Part shown: piece after piece, positions 1-8,236 of the stretch
Numbering within the stretch: the first letter of the stretch is position 1
How the letters are laid out: every line of letters starts with the position of its first letter
Assembly: GCF_001462395.1 (NCBI RefSeq)
Contig: NZ_LNTB01000001.1
Span: forward strand, 1,380,001 to 1,412,000
Source: Pyrodictium occultum
GTDB taxonomy: Archaea; Thermoproteota; Thermoprotei_A; Sulfolobales; Pyrodictiaceae
Direction of reading: 5' to 3'
Length of the DNA: 32,000 nucleotides
Notes under the pieces: generated by a model
Databases searched by the model: none
What the model was told of the DNA's origin: nothing
What the model saw: the letters and a program-made list of their open reading frames with translations, nothing else
Translations under genes and position numbers: made by a program

Positions 1-1
1 G

Positions 2-901
2 TACAACGCGTTCATAGCGGAGGCGCTGACCAAGTACTATGCAGCCCACCCGGGGCTCGCCGCCGGCCTCTTCCTGCTGGTGCTGGTAGTGGCAGCTGCA
101 CTGGGCGCCGTGGTGGGCTGGCTGGCCGCCTACCCGGCTGCAAGGCTCCGGGCGGACTACCTGGCCATACTCCTGCTCGCCGCCGCCGAGGCGACGCTGA
201 GGGTGGCCTACAACGCCCCCCAGCTGGGCGGCACCCTGGGGCTGACGGTCCCCAACACGCTGGTGTGGCTGGATAGCATGCTCCGAGGCGCCGGCGTGCC
301 CCACGCCCACACGGTGTCGGTGCTGCTGATAACCCTGCTGATAGCAGCATTAACCTATGCCTACATGGAGCTGCTGGCCCGCGCGCCGGTGGGCAGGCTG
401 CTGAAGAGCATACGCGAGAACGAGGTCGCGGCCGAGAGCCTGGGCAAGGACGTGGCGAGGATAAAGCTGAAGACCCTCATGGTGGGCTCCGCTCTGGCGG
501 CGCTGGCGGGCGCGCTGTTCATGACGTGGTCGCTGGGCTGGATAGCCACCACCTACAACAGGGTGTCCTGGACCTTCTGGGTCTGGGCCATGATGATACT
601 GGGCGGCATGGCTAACAACCTGGGCGTGCTGCTGGGCGTCTTCACCCTGGTGCTGGTCCGCCAGATGATAACCTACAATAAGACCGCTATAGCGCCCTAC
701 CTGCCCTTCGACCCCGCCTGGCTCGACTACCTGGTGCTGGGCTCCCTGCTAGTGATACTGCTGATGGTGAGGCCGCAGGGCCTGCTGCCCGAGAAGACCA
801 CCTACCCGCTGCCCAGGAAGAGGCTGGAAGAGAAGGCCCAGGGGCTAAGAGCCGGCGGAGCGCAGCCTGCGGTAGAGGTGGAGGGCGGCAGCAAGGTCTA
901 G
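2..901 (+). CDS. livM: Branched-chain amino acid ABC transporter permease, LivM type (5' end outside window)
   Basis: The frame of ORF 80..901 stays open back to nt 2 (YNAFIAEALTKYY...), so the gene enters from the left edge. It is a multi-pass hydrophobic protein with the LivM-type loop RENEVAAESLGKDVARIKLKTLMVGSALAALAGALF. Confidence 0.8.
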   Translation, partial: YNAFIAEALTKYYAAHPGLAAGLFLLVLVVAAALGAVVGWLAAYPAARLRADYLAILLLAAAEATLRVAYNAPQLGGTLGLTVPNTLVWLDSMLRGAGVPHAHTVSVLLITLLIAALTYAYMELLARAPVGRLLKSIRENEVAAESLGKDVARIKLKTLMVGSALAALAGALFMTWSLGWIATTYNRVSWTFWVWAMMILGGMANNLGVLLGVFTLVLVRQMITYNKTAIAPYLPFDPAWLDYLVLGSLLVILLMVRPQGLLPEKTTYPLPRKRLEEKAQGLRAGGAQPAVEVEGGSKV

Positions 902-1783
902 CAGCGCGGTCCCAACGCTCTTATAGAGCCCGATATCGCCCCAGCCGCATTTCCTCCCCCGGAGCGCCTCCCCAAGCTCCACCAGCTCCACCCCCGTCTC
1001 CCCCACCGCCTCCTCGTCGAGGTCGCCGCTCTCCCTCAGCACGCCCTCCCTCGTGTCCACCAGGGCGCAGCGGGCCCGGAGCAGCACCTCCCGGTCCAGC
1101 TCCCTGACCGGCCTCGGCGCGCCCACGCTGGCCACCACGGCGCCGCTGCGCAGGAGGCCTCCCAGCACCACCGGGCTGGGGGACGTGGTGGCTGCCACCA
1201 CCACGTCGGAGCGGCGGAGAAGCTTCTCCAGGGAGACGGCCTCGCCCCCGTAGCTCTTGGCCAGCTCCCACGCCCTCGCCTTGTTCCTCGAAGCTACCAG
1301 GACCGTGCTGTAGCTGTATAGGCGAGTTAGCAGCCTGAGGTGGTAGCGGGCCTGCACCCCCGCGCCGACTACGCCGAGCACCCCGCTGGTCCCGCCCAGG
1401 AGGCGGAGCGCGGCGGCCGTGGCGGCGGCCGTCCTCCAGCCGGTGGCGGGGGCGGCGTCGGCCTCTAGCAGGGCCTCCCCCGTCTCGGCGTCCAGGAGGA
1501 GCAGGCGGCCCCGGACCAGGGGCAGGCCCCGCCCCGGGTTGCCAGGGTAGACCCCGACGATCTTAACCGCGTAGAAGCCCTGGCCCGCCGCGGGCATCAC
1601 GCCGAGCCAGGAGCCGCGGTGCTCCAGCGAGAGCCTGGGAGGCGCAGAGGCCCCGGAGGCCAGCAGCCTCTCCACATCCTCCACGAGGCCCTCCGGGTCG
1701 ACCAGGCGGTCCACGTCCCCTGCATCCAGGTAGACCGTCAAGGAGGCCCACACCTCCACGGGGTCTAGAGGAAGTCGCTCCAC
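845..1783 (-). CDS. Ornithine cyclodeaminase / mu-crystallin family enzyme (archaeal alanine dehydrogenase-like)
   Basis: 312 aa. Family-typical YAVKIVGVYPGNP...LLLLDAETGE...ATGWRTAAATAAALRLL, followed by the Rossmann motif VLGVVGAGVQARYHLRLL. Confidence 0.8.
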   Translation of the reverse strand: MERLPLDPVEVWASLTVYLDAGDVDRLVDPEGLVEDVERLLASGASAPPRLSLEHRGSWLGVMPAAGQGFYAVKIVGVYPGNPGRGLPLVRGRLLLLDAETGEALLEADAAPATGWRTAAATAAALRLLGGTSGVLGVVGAGVQARYHLRLLTRLYSYSTVLVASRNKARAWELAKSYGGEAVSLEKLLRRSDVVVAATTSPSPVVLGGLLRSGAVVASVGAPRPVRELDREVLLRARCALVDTREGVLRESGDLDEEAVGETGVELVELGEALRGRKCGWGDIGLYKSVGTALLDLAAALHLYRRLRSAGS

Positions 1784-3903
1784 CAGGCGTCCTCCTGGCC
1801 GCCACGCTGCCTGGGCGCCGCGAGGAGCCCGTCGAGCAGGGCGCGGAGGAGGACAGCGACCGCGTGGCTGCAGGGCTGCCTAGAGCCGCAGCTGCAGCTG
1901 CTCCGGCGGTCGGCGAGGCTCACCTTCGCCTCGTAGGTGCGGCCGCCGCTGGTCTCCACCTCGCCGTAGACCGTGCCGGTCTCCTCGCTGTAGCTGGCCC
2001 ACACCCTCTCCCTGGCGAGGAGCCGGAGCGCCCTCTCCAGTATCTCCGGCGCCGGGTCGAGCCCGGCTATAGCAGCCAAGGCGTCCCCGAGGTCGCTGGG
2101 CTTCTCGCCGAGAAGCTCGCCGGCCTTCTCCAGGGCCTCCTTTCTGATCTCCTCCACCAGCCTAGCGTCCTCGCGGCCGCCGGCCCAGGCCTCAGCGAGG
2201 CTCAGGTCGCCGCCACTGTAGTCCAGCACCCTGTCCCGGAGCCGGAGCATGATGGGGCTGGGGGCCAGGGGCCCCACAACCACTGCCTCGCCGGTGTTGA
2301 GGCCCGGCAGGTTGTCCAGCAGGTCCTGGCTCACTTGCTCGCTGGCGTCCCGGACCGCCTCCTGGTCCCTGGGGTTCACTATCCGGAGTATCACCTGGCC
2401 CTGGAGCTGGCTGAGCACGTCCGGGTCTATCCTGGAGGGCCTCTGGGTTATAGCTACGAGGAAGACGCCGAACTTCCTGCCCTCACTGGCTATGGTCGCC
2501 GCTATGTCGCGGCTCCGCGTCTGCCTCTGCGTCTTAGGCGGCATGAACCTGTGGGCCTCCTCCACCACGACCACCACGGGGTAGGGGTAGCTCTCGCCGC
2601 CCACGCCCCTCACGTGGCGGAGCCTCGCGTTGAACACCCTCGAGAGGATGTTGAACGCCAGGTGGTCCTGCACCTCGGCCCGGAGCCCGGCCAGGTTCAC
2701 CACCGTGACCGTGCCCGGCCAGAGCAGCTGGTCCAGGGGGAGGCGGGCGACCCCGTAGACCCCTATGCGGCGCAGCTCCTCCAGGTAGCGTATCGCGTCG
2801 TAGCCGGGGCTGCTGTCCTTGCTGAGGGCCAGCCAGAGCCTCCTTATCCCCCGGCCGAGCCCCTCGTCGGCCGAGAGTATCTCCTCCAGCCGCCTCCCCG
2901 TGGCCGCGGCCTTCTGCAGGTCCCTGCTAGCCGTGACGCTGAGGCGGCGCAGAAGCTCGGCGGCGAACCGGTCCAGCCTGCTACCCTGCAGTTTGGCGAC
3001 CTCGGCCGCGTCTATGGCGGCCTGCACCACCTTTATCATGCCGCGGAGGCCTAGCCACTTCTTCTCCCCCGTCGCCTCGGCCACCCAGCGGGCGAGCCGC
3101 TTAGCGCCGTAGATCACGCTCCTTATCCTCGTGGCCTTAGCCGGCACACCGGCTATGGAGGCCAGCTCCTCCGCCGACATGCTGGCCACGCTGACCCGGT
3201 ACTGGATGTCCCCCTCCTGGTCCCTCCTGGCCTTGAGGACGCGCACCGAGTCCTCGAAGCCAGGGCCCAGGCGGAACGCCGTCCTCTTCATAGCCGTGTA
3301 CTCGCCGTGGGGGTCCAGGACAACTATGGTTGCACCCTTCTTCAGCAGCTCCTCTATAAGCACCACGCTGGCCCACGTCTTCCCCGCGCCCGTCGCCGCT
3401 ATTATCGCCACATGCCTCTTCACGCCCTCGAGATCCAGGTAGGCAGGGACGCTGGGCCGCGAGATGAGGCTGCCCACGTGGAGCCGGCGGGGCTCCTCCA
3501 CCGAGTAGAAGTCGCGGAGAAGCTCGTCGGAGGCGAGGTAGACCCAGCTCCCCACCGGAGGAGCGTGGCGGGGCAGGTAGATGCGGCCCTTCCACTTATA
3601 GCCCAGGACCCGGGCCGCCGCGACAACAGTGTCGCTGCCCCGGGGGAGGCTGAGGTTCCTTATCACCGGCCAGGGGTGCTCGGGGGACACGCCCACGGCG
3701 AGCCGGCGCATCGCCCGTATCTGGGCGAGTATCTTCACCATAACCCTCGTGTCCTCGCCGGGCGGCGTCTCCCAGGCCTCAACGTAGACGTAGTCGTAGA
3801 GGGGTGGTATCCTCTCGGGGTCTACGGTGAAGACGAAGTAGTCCGGCCTGGAGTCACCGGTCACCATGCCTACCGGCTCGCCGCCCTTGGCACTCCCCCT
3901 CAA
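1765..3903 (-). CDS. HerA/FtsK-superfamily ATPase (DUF87-type) with C-terminal SWIM zinc finger
   Basis: 712 aa. Walker A AIIAATGAGKTW is followed by VVLDPHGEY, and Walker B is VVVVVEEAHRF. ITQRPSRIDPDVLSQ is typical of HerA. The C-terminus carries CSCGSRQPCSH (nt 1864-1896), a CxCxnCxH SWIM pattern. The start may instead be M13 (nt 3867). Confidence 0.8.
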   Translation of the reverse strand: MRGSAKGGEPVGMVTGDSRPDYFVFTVDPERIPPLYDYVYVEAWETPPGEDTRVMVKILAQIRAMRRLAVGVSPEHPWPVIRNLSLPRGSDTVVAAARVLGYKWKGRIYLPRHAPPVGSWVYLASDELLRDFYSVEEPRRLHVGSLISRPSVPAYLDLEGVKRHVAIIAATGAGKTWASVVLIEELLKKGATIVVLDPHGEYTAMKRTAFRLGPGFEDSVRVLKARRDQEGDIQYRVSVASMSAEELASIAGVPAKATRIRSVIYGAKRLARWVAEATGEKKWLGLRGMIKVVQAAIDAAEVAKLQGSRLDRFAAELLRRLSVTASRDLQKAAATGRRLEEILSADEGLGRGIRRLWLALSKDSSPGYDAIRYLEELRRIGVYGVARLPLDQLLWPGTVTVVNLAGLRAEVQDHLAFNILSRVFNARLRHVRGVGGESYPYPVVVVVEEAHRFMPPKTQRQTRSRDIAATIASEGRKFGVFLVAITQRPSRIDPDVLSQLQGQVILRIVNPRDQEAVRDASEQVSQDLLDNLPGLNTGEAVVVGPLAPSPIMLRLRDRVLDYSGGDLSLAEAWAGGREDARLVEEIRKEALEKAGELLGEKPSDLGDALAAIAGLDPAPEILERALRLLARERVWASYSEETGTVYGEVETSGGRTYEAKVSLADRRSSCSCGSRQPCSHAVAVLLRALLDGLLAAPRQRGGQEDAWWSDFL

Positions 3904-4157
3904 GGCCCCGCTGCATCCCCGCAGAGTCTATCCCGGGGGTCCTTGCTCCAGGGACCCCTGCCCCATCCCCTAGGATGGGAGGTATTACTTTAAGTATAGG
4001 TCTCCAAGATCCAGGCCCAGAGCCTGACAGGAGAAGCCCCGGAGAGGCCCCCGGGAGCGGAATCCCGGAAACCAAGACAAGAAACAAAACTAATAAACAA
4101 AATAATCGACGCATATTTAGCCTTACTATCCCGCAGAAATAGGCGTGGGATCGGCGG

Positions 4158-5483
4158 TTGGGCAGCAGAGAAGGCGAGAGGCCGCCGACCTACGGGATCC
4201 CGCCCGCTTCAGTGCGGCTGGCCCGGGTGCTCGCGGCCGCGGCGCTCCAGCAGGCCGAGAGGTTCTTCACAGGCCTCCGGGAGAGCAGGGCCGAGCCCCG
4301 TAGCCACGTGAAGGAGGTTGCCGCGGCGGAGGGGGACCACGCGCTCTACGTCCACATGCCTTTCTGCCACCAGCCTCTCTGCAGCTTCTGCAGCTTCGTC
4401 CGCTACCCCTTCGACCCCGAGAGGAGCCGGAGGTACCTCAAGGCCCTAGCGGTGGAGGCCGCGTGGCTAGCCTCCACTGCTGAGAGGGTCCGGGTGCCCC
4501 TCGTCTACATAGGCGGGGGTACGCCCACCGTGGATGTATACGGGCTGGCGGAGACGATAGATGTGCTCCGGAGCTACTTCGGCCGCGGCCTGGCCGTGTC
4601 GGTGGAGGCCAACCCTATAGATATAAATGATGAAAGTGTCTCTGTGCTCCGCTCGGCGGGCGTGAGGAGGCTGAGCATAGGGGTCCAGGCGCTTACCGCC
4701 GAGAGGCTGCGGAGGCTCGGCAGGCTCAGCCACAGAGTGGAGGATGCGGTGAGGGCAGTGGAGGCTGCGAGGGGCCGGTTCGAGACCCTCAATATAGACA
4801 TGATCTGGGGCGCCACGGGGGACACGCGCGGGACGGTGTACGAGGAAGCCCTGAGGGCGCTCAGGCTCGGAGCGAGCCAGGTCACCTTCTACCCGTTGAT
4901 GCCCCCGCCGGGGCGGAGGAGGCTGATGATGATCCGGGGCGAGGGGCCCTGGCACCCGGAGGAGCCGGGGCTCTATGAGGCTGTACTCAGGGCCGCCCTG
5001 GAGGCCGGCTACCAGCCGGCGACCCCCTGGTGTATGAACCGGGGCTCTAGGCTCATAGACGAGTACGTGGTTGAATATGACAGGTTCCTCGCGCTGGGGC
5101 TCAGCGGGATAGGCCGCACCAGGCGCTATGTATACGTTAACTGCTTCACCCCCGAGGGCTACATGAGGATGGTCGAGAGGAGGGGCCATGCAGCCCTGCT
5201 AGCCAGGAGGCTCAGCCCCGTGGAGGACATGCTCTACTACGCCTCGGCCATGGCCTTCGGGCTCCGCTGGTGCCCCGCAGTGCTGCTGGAGCGCTACGGC
5301 CGGCTGGCAGCCCCGCTCAGCGCGACGGTGCAGGCGCTGCTAAGGATGATCGGCGAGGAGAGGAGGGGGGACTGCTACAGGCTCACGAGGACGGCCAGCC
5401 TCTACACGGCCCACGCGATGCAGCGGAGCCTCTACATGGCCGTCAACGGGCTCCGCGAGTGGGGGATGGCGGCGGGGGTCTAG
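4158..5483 (+). CDS. Radical SAM protein, HemN/HemW (oxygen-independent coproporphyrinogen oxidase-like) family
   Basis: 441 aa. LYVHMPFCHQPLCSFCSF cluster motif, VYIGGGTPT motif, and SIGVQALT...LNIDMIWG as in HemN-like enzymes. TTG start, and the true start is uncertain. Confidence 0.75.
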   Translation: MGSREGERPPTYGIPPASVRLARVLAAAALQQAERFFTGLRESRAEPRSHVKEVAAAEGDHALYVHMPFCHQPLCSFCSFVRYPFDPERSRRYLKALAVEAAWLASTAERVRVPLVYIGGGTPTVDVYGLAETIDVLRSYFGRGLAVSVEANPIDINDESVSVLRSAGVRRLSIGVQALTAERLRRLGRLSHRVEDAVRAVEAARGRFETLNIDMIWGATGDTRGTVYEEALRALRLGASQVTFYPLMPPPGRRRLMMIRGEGPWHPEEPGLYEAVLRAALEAGYQPATPWCMNRGSRLIDEYVVEYDRFLALGLSGIGRTRRYVYVNCFTPEGYMRMVERRGHAALLARRLSPVEDMLYYASAMAFGLRWCPAVLLERYGRLAAPLSATVQALLRMIGEERRGDCYRLTRTASLYTAHAMQRSLYMAVNGLREWGMAAGV

Positions 5484-6303
5484 CGACCCACTTGACCAGC
5501 CGGGCCCGGCGCCGCCGCTCTAGGCTGTGGGGCCCGGCGCCGGCCGCCACCGCCCAGCGCAGCTCCCTGCAGACGCTCCGATCGATGTAGGTCCCCGCGA
5601 CCAGGGTGGCCCCGAGCCTCCCGGCGACGAGGGGGTGGAAGCTGGAGGTGGGGCCGGCCAGCACCCGCTCCCTCGCAGCCCCCGCGGCGGCCAGCTCCTT
5701 GAGGAGCCTAGGCGGGTCGAGCACGGCGCTCCCCGAGGCGACTACTATGTCCGCGGCCCGGAGGGCCTCCAGCGTCTCCTCCATGGAGCGGAGCACGGGG
5801 TAGCCCGCCCTCTCCGCCTCCGAGAGGAGGGAGGGGTCCAGCTCCGCCACCGCCACCCTGGCGCCCCGGGCGGCCAGCTCCCCCGCTAGCCCGGGCATGT
5901 AGCCGAGCATCACCACGGTGTCGCCCCGCTCCACGCGGAGGAGGCTGGCGAGCCCGGTCCTCTGCACCGCCACCCCCGGCTCGGGGCTGCACTCTATCCA
6001 CGCACCCGTGGCGGCGTTGACCGCCGCGACGGCGAAGGCTGCCGCCAGGCCTCCCCCGCGGGCGGCCAGCCTGGCGAGCATCCTGGGGGTCGCGTCCTCC
6101 AGCACCGCGTCGAGCGGCTCCAGGGGGAGCCAGCGGGGGACCAGGCTGACCCCGCACCAGCCGCCCTCCAGCTCGAGGTAGACGTGGCTGAGCCCCGCGA
6201 AGGCGTCCGCCAGCCTCAGCCCCGCCCAGCGGCGGAGGGGGCCGTCGAGGGCCTCAAGCAGCGCCCTCGAGAGCCTCCTCCAGGGCTCCCCGGCCTCCAT
6301 CAC
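5443..6303 (-). CDS. DUF4213/DUF364 (putative heavy-metal chelation, Rossmann-like) protein
   Basis: 286 aa. The N-terminal part (LADAFAGLSHVYLELEGGWCGVSL) and the C-terminal Rossmann part (VVMLGYMPGLAGELAARGARVAVAELDP...ADIVVASGSAVLD...VLAGPTSSFHP) match my recollection of this family. Its 3' end overlaps the convergent gene by 41 nt. Confidence 0.65.
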   Translation of the reverse strand: MMEAGEPWRRLSRALLEALDGPLRRWAGLRLADAFAGLSHVYLELEGGWCGVSLVPRWLPLEPLDAVLEDATPRMLARLAARGGGLAAAFAVAAVNAATGAWIECSPEPGVAVQRTGLASLLRVERGDTVVMLGYMPGLAGELAARGARVAVAELDPSLLSEAERAGYPVLRSMEETLEALRAADIVVASGSAVLDPPRLLKELAAAGAARERVLAGPTSSFHPLVAGRLGATLVAGTYIDRSVCRELRWAVAAGAGPHSLERRRRARLVKWVARPPPPSPTRGAR

Positions 6304-7138
6304 CCGCCTCCTCCGGGGCGCTGGGCTCCTCCCGCCTCAGCCAGACCACGCGCTGGGGGAAGGGTATCTCTATCCCGGCCTCGTCCAGCGCCTCCTTTAT
6401 CCTGCCGAGCATCTCCCACTTGACCTCCAGCCACTTGGTGCTCGGCACCCAGAAGGCTACGCGAAGCACCACGGCGCTATCGCCCAGCTCCTCTACGAAC
6501 ACCCTGGGCTCGGGCTCGGCCAGCACCAGGGGGTGGCCGGCCAGCACGCGGAGTATTGTCTCCCGCGCCTCCTCGATGCTCTCCCCGTAGCCTATGCCGA
6601 CCAGGTACTCTATCCTCCGGGCTGGGTGGCTGTAGAGGTTCTTTATCGTGCTCCGGAACACCGTCTCGTTGGGTACCCGTACGCTGAGCCCGTCGAGGGT
6701 CGTTATCCTCGTGGAGAACATGGTTACATCCTCTACGCGGCCCAGCACGCCTGTCTCCGGCAGCTCCACTATATCCCCCGGCTTCAGGGGCTTGTCGAAG
6801 TAGAGGAAGAGGCCGCTGAAGAAGTTGGACGCCACGGTCTGGCTGGCGAAGCCGAGCGCGACGCCTATCATGCTGCCCGCGAACGCGAAGCCGGTCAGGC
6901 TGAAGCCCGCCAGCCCAAGGGCCAGGACGCCCACGAGGGCCACGAGGCTATAGTAGGTGAGCTTCGCCGCTATATCCACCACGGGCATGGGGAGCTGGCT
7001 CAGCTCGAGGGTCCTCCGGACCATGCGGCGGACCATCATGGCTACCAGCACGCCGGCCGACATGACCGCCGCGAAGATGAGGCCCCGGTACACGTAGGAG
7101 CCGATCGTAGCCAGCAGCGCCGCCAGAGAGCCGGCCAA
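6254..7138 (-). CDS. Small-conductance mechanosensitive channel (MscS family)
   Basis: 294 aa. Three N-terminal TM segments are followed by GVALGFASQTVASNFFSGLFLYFDKPLKPGDIVEL...GRVEDVTMFSTRITTLDGLSVRVPNETVF, the MscS pore/beta-domain signature. Confidence 0.85.
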   Translation of the reverse strand: MAGSLAALLATIGSYVYRGLIFAAVMSAGVLVAMMVRRMVRRTLELSQLPMPVVDIAAKLTYYSLVALVGVLALGLAGFSLTGFAFAGSMIGVALGFASQTVASNFFSGLFLYFDKPLKPGDIVELPETGVLGRVEDVTMFSTRITTLDGLSVRVPNETVFRSTIKNLYSHPARRIEYLVGIGYGESIEEARETILRVLAGHPLVLAEPEPRVFVEELGDSAVVLRVAFWVPSTKWLEVKWEMLGRIKEALDEAGIEIPFPQRVVWLRREEPSAPEEAGDGGRGALEEALEGAA

Positions 7139-7570
7139 CCCGGGCCCCGGGCACGCTGGCTAGAGGAGGGCCGGGCGGGACGGGTTTAAGCCTCAGGGCT
7201 CGCTGGGCTCCAGGCACGGCGGGCGGCCCACCCGCCCGGACGCCGGGGCGGCGCCCCGGAAGCTGGATGAGGGCGGGGTCCACAGGGCGGCGTCCAGCTC
7301 CCCGCATCCCCGGGCTGCTCCTCGCGGCCCTGCATAGCCCCCGGCGCTGCAGGCTCCTCCCGGGACGGTGCAGCCGCAGCCACGAGGACCAGAGCCCGGG
7401 GCATCCTGCAGCCCCTCCGGCAGGGGGCGGCGGCCACAAGGCCCCTGGGCCCCGGGCTGCCAGCCCCCGGGGGCCGGTGGGGAGCCGTCCACCTTGCGGG
7501 GAGCGAGCCCTCCGGGGGGCGGTGAGCGGTTTGGGCGCCGCCGAGGCCCCTCCTCCACATTCTACTCATT

Positions 7571-8218
7571 CTACTCAACCGGGCCTCCGAGGATCCTCTC
7601 GATCTCCTCCCTCGCCACCGGCCCCCTCCGGACCAGCCTGGGGGGCCTAGTGGTGAGATCCAGGACCGTGGATGGGGTGCCGCCGGGCGCAGGGCCGGCG
7701 TCGATGACCGCGTCGACCCTCGAGCCCAGCTGCTCCAGCGCCTCCCGCGCCGTCCTCGGGCTGGGGCCCCGGTGGAGGTTGGCACTGGTCCCGACCAGGG
7801 CGCCGCCGGAGGCCTCTATGAGCGCTAGCGCAGCCGGGTGGTTGGGCATCCTCACCCCGAGCCTCCCGGTGTCGGCGTGGAGCACCCGGGGCACGCCGGG
7901 CCTAGCCTCCAGCACGAGGGTCAGGGGGCCGGGCCAGAGCCTCTCCATGAGCCTCCGCGCCTCGGGGGTGACGGCTACCAGCTTCTCCGCCTCCTCCGGG
8001 CCGGAGACGAGGACCGGTAGGGGCCTGTCCAGCGGCCTCTCCTTGGCCTGGTACACGCGGAGCACAGCCCAGGGGTTCAGCGGGTCGGCGCCGAGCCCGT
8101 AGACAGTGTCGGTGGGGTAGACGACCAAGCCCCCGGCCCTGACCAGCCAGGAGGCCTCCAGCGCGGCGCGGCGGGCCTCCTGGATGCCCCAGGCGTAGAG
8201 TATCCTGGGCGGCGCCAA
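7571..8218 (-). CDS. tsaC: L-threonylcarbamoyladenylate synthase, YrdC-domain-only form (TsaC/Sua5 family)
   Basis: 215 aa. Motifs are VVYPTDTVYGLGADPLNP, RPLDRPLPVLV, WPGPLTLVL, LGVRMPNHPAALALI and LVGTSANLHRGPSP. Confidence 0.85.
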   Translation of the reverse strand: MAPPRILYAWGIQEARRAALEASWLVRAGGLVVYPTDTVYGLGADPLNPWAVLRVYQAKERPLDRPLPVLVSGPEEAEKLVAVTPEARRLMERLWPGPLTLVLEARPGVPRVLHADTGRLGVRMPNHPAALALIEASGGALVGTSANLHRGPSPRTAREALEQLGSRVDAVIDAGPAPGGTPSTVLDLTTRPPRLVRRGPVAREEIERILGGPVE

Positions 8219-8236
8219 GGGGGCCTCCCTTCCCCC

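Noticed and set aside
1864-3054. Long antisense or overlapping ORFs throughout the track, for example 1864..3054 (+), 3307..3993 (+), 4467..5189 (-), 6533..7189 (+), 7186..7785 (-), 16505..17047 (-), 16813..17652 (+), 19071..20126 (-), 20378..21808 (-), 22001..22720 (-) and 23172..24023 (+).
   Set aside because: They lie opposite or out of frame to genes with clear family motifs. They are Arg/Pro/Gly/Ala-rich low-complexity translations and lack the G/C third-position bias of the real frames. This is the expected by-product of stop-codon scarcity in GC-rich DNA.
3854-4114. ORF with a signal-peptide-like start (MRRLFCLLVLFLVLVSG...) in the HerA / radical SAM divergent spacer.
   Set aside because: Its hydrophobic N-terminus is simply the translation of the A/T-rich promoter tract, with T/A-ending codons unlike every confident gene here. 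The rest is Gly/Pro-rich and overlaps the HerA start. A tiny real peptide cannot be excluded.
4777-4787. GGTTCGAGACC, resembling a tRNA T-arm.
   Set aside because: It lies inside the HemN-like coding frame (…RGRFETLNID…). No acceptor, D-arm or anticodon-arm complement could be built around it. No tRNA was found anywhere in the window by eye.
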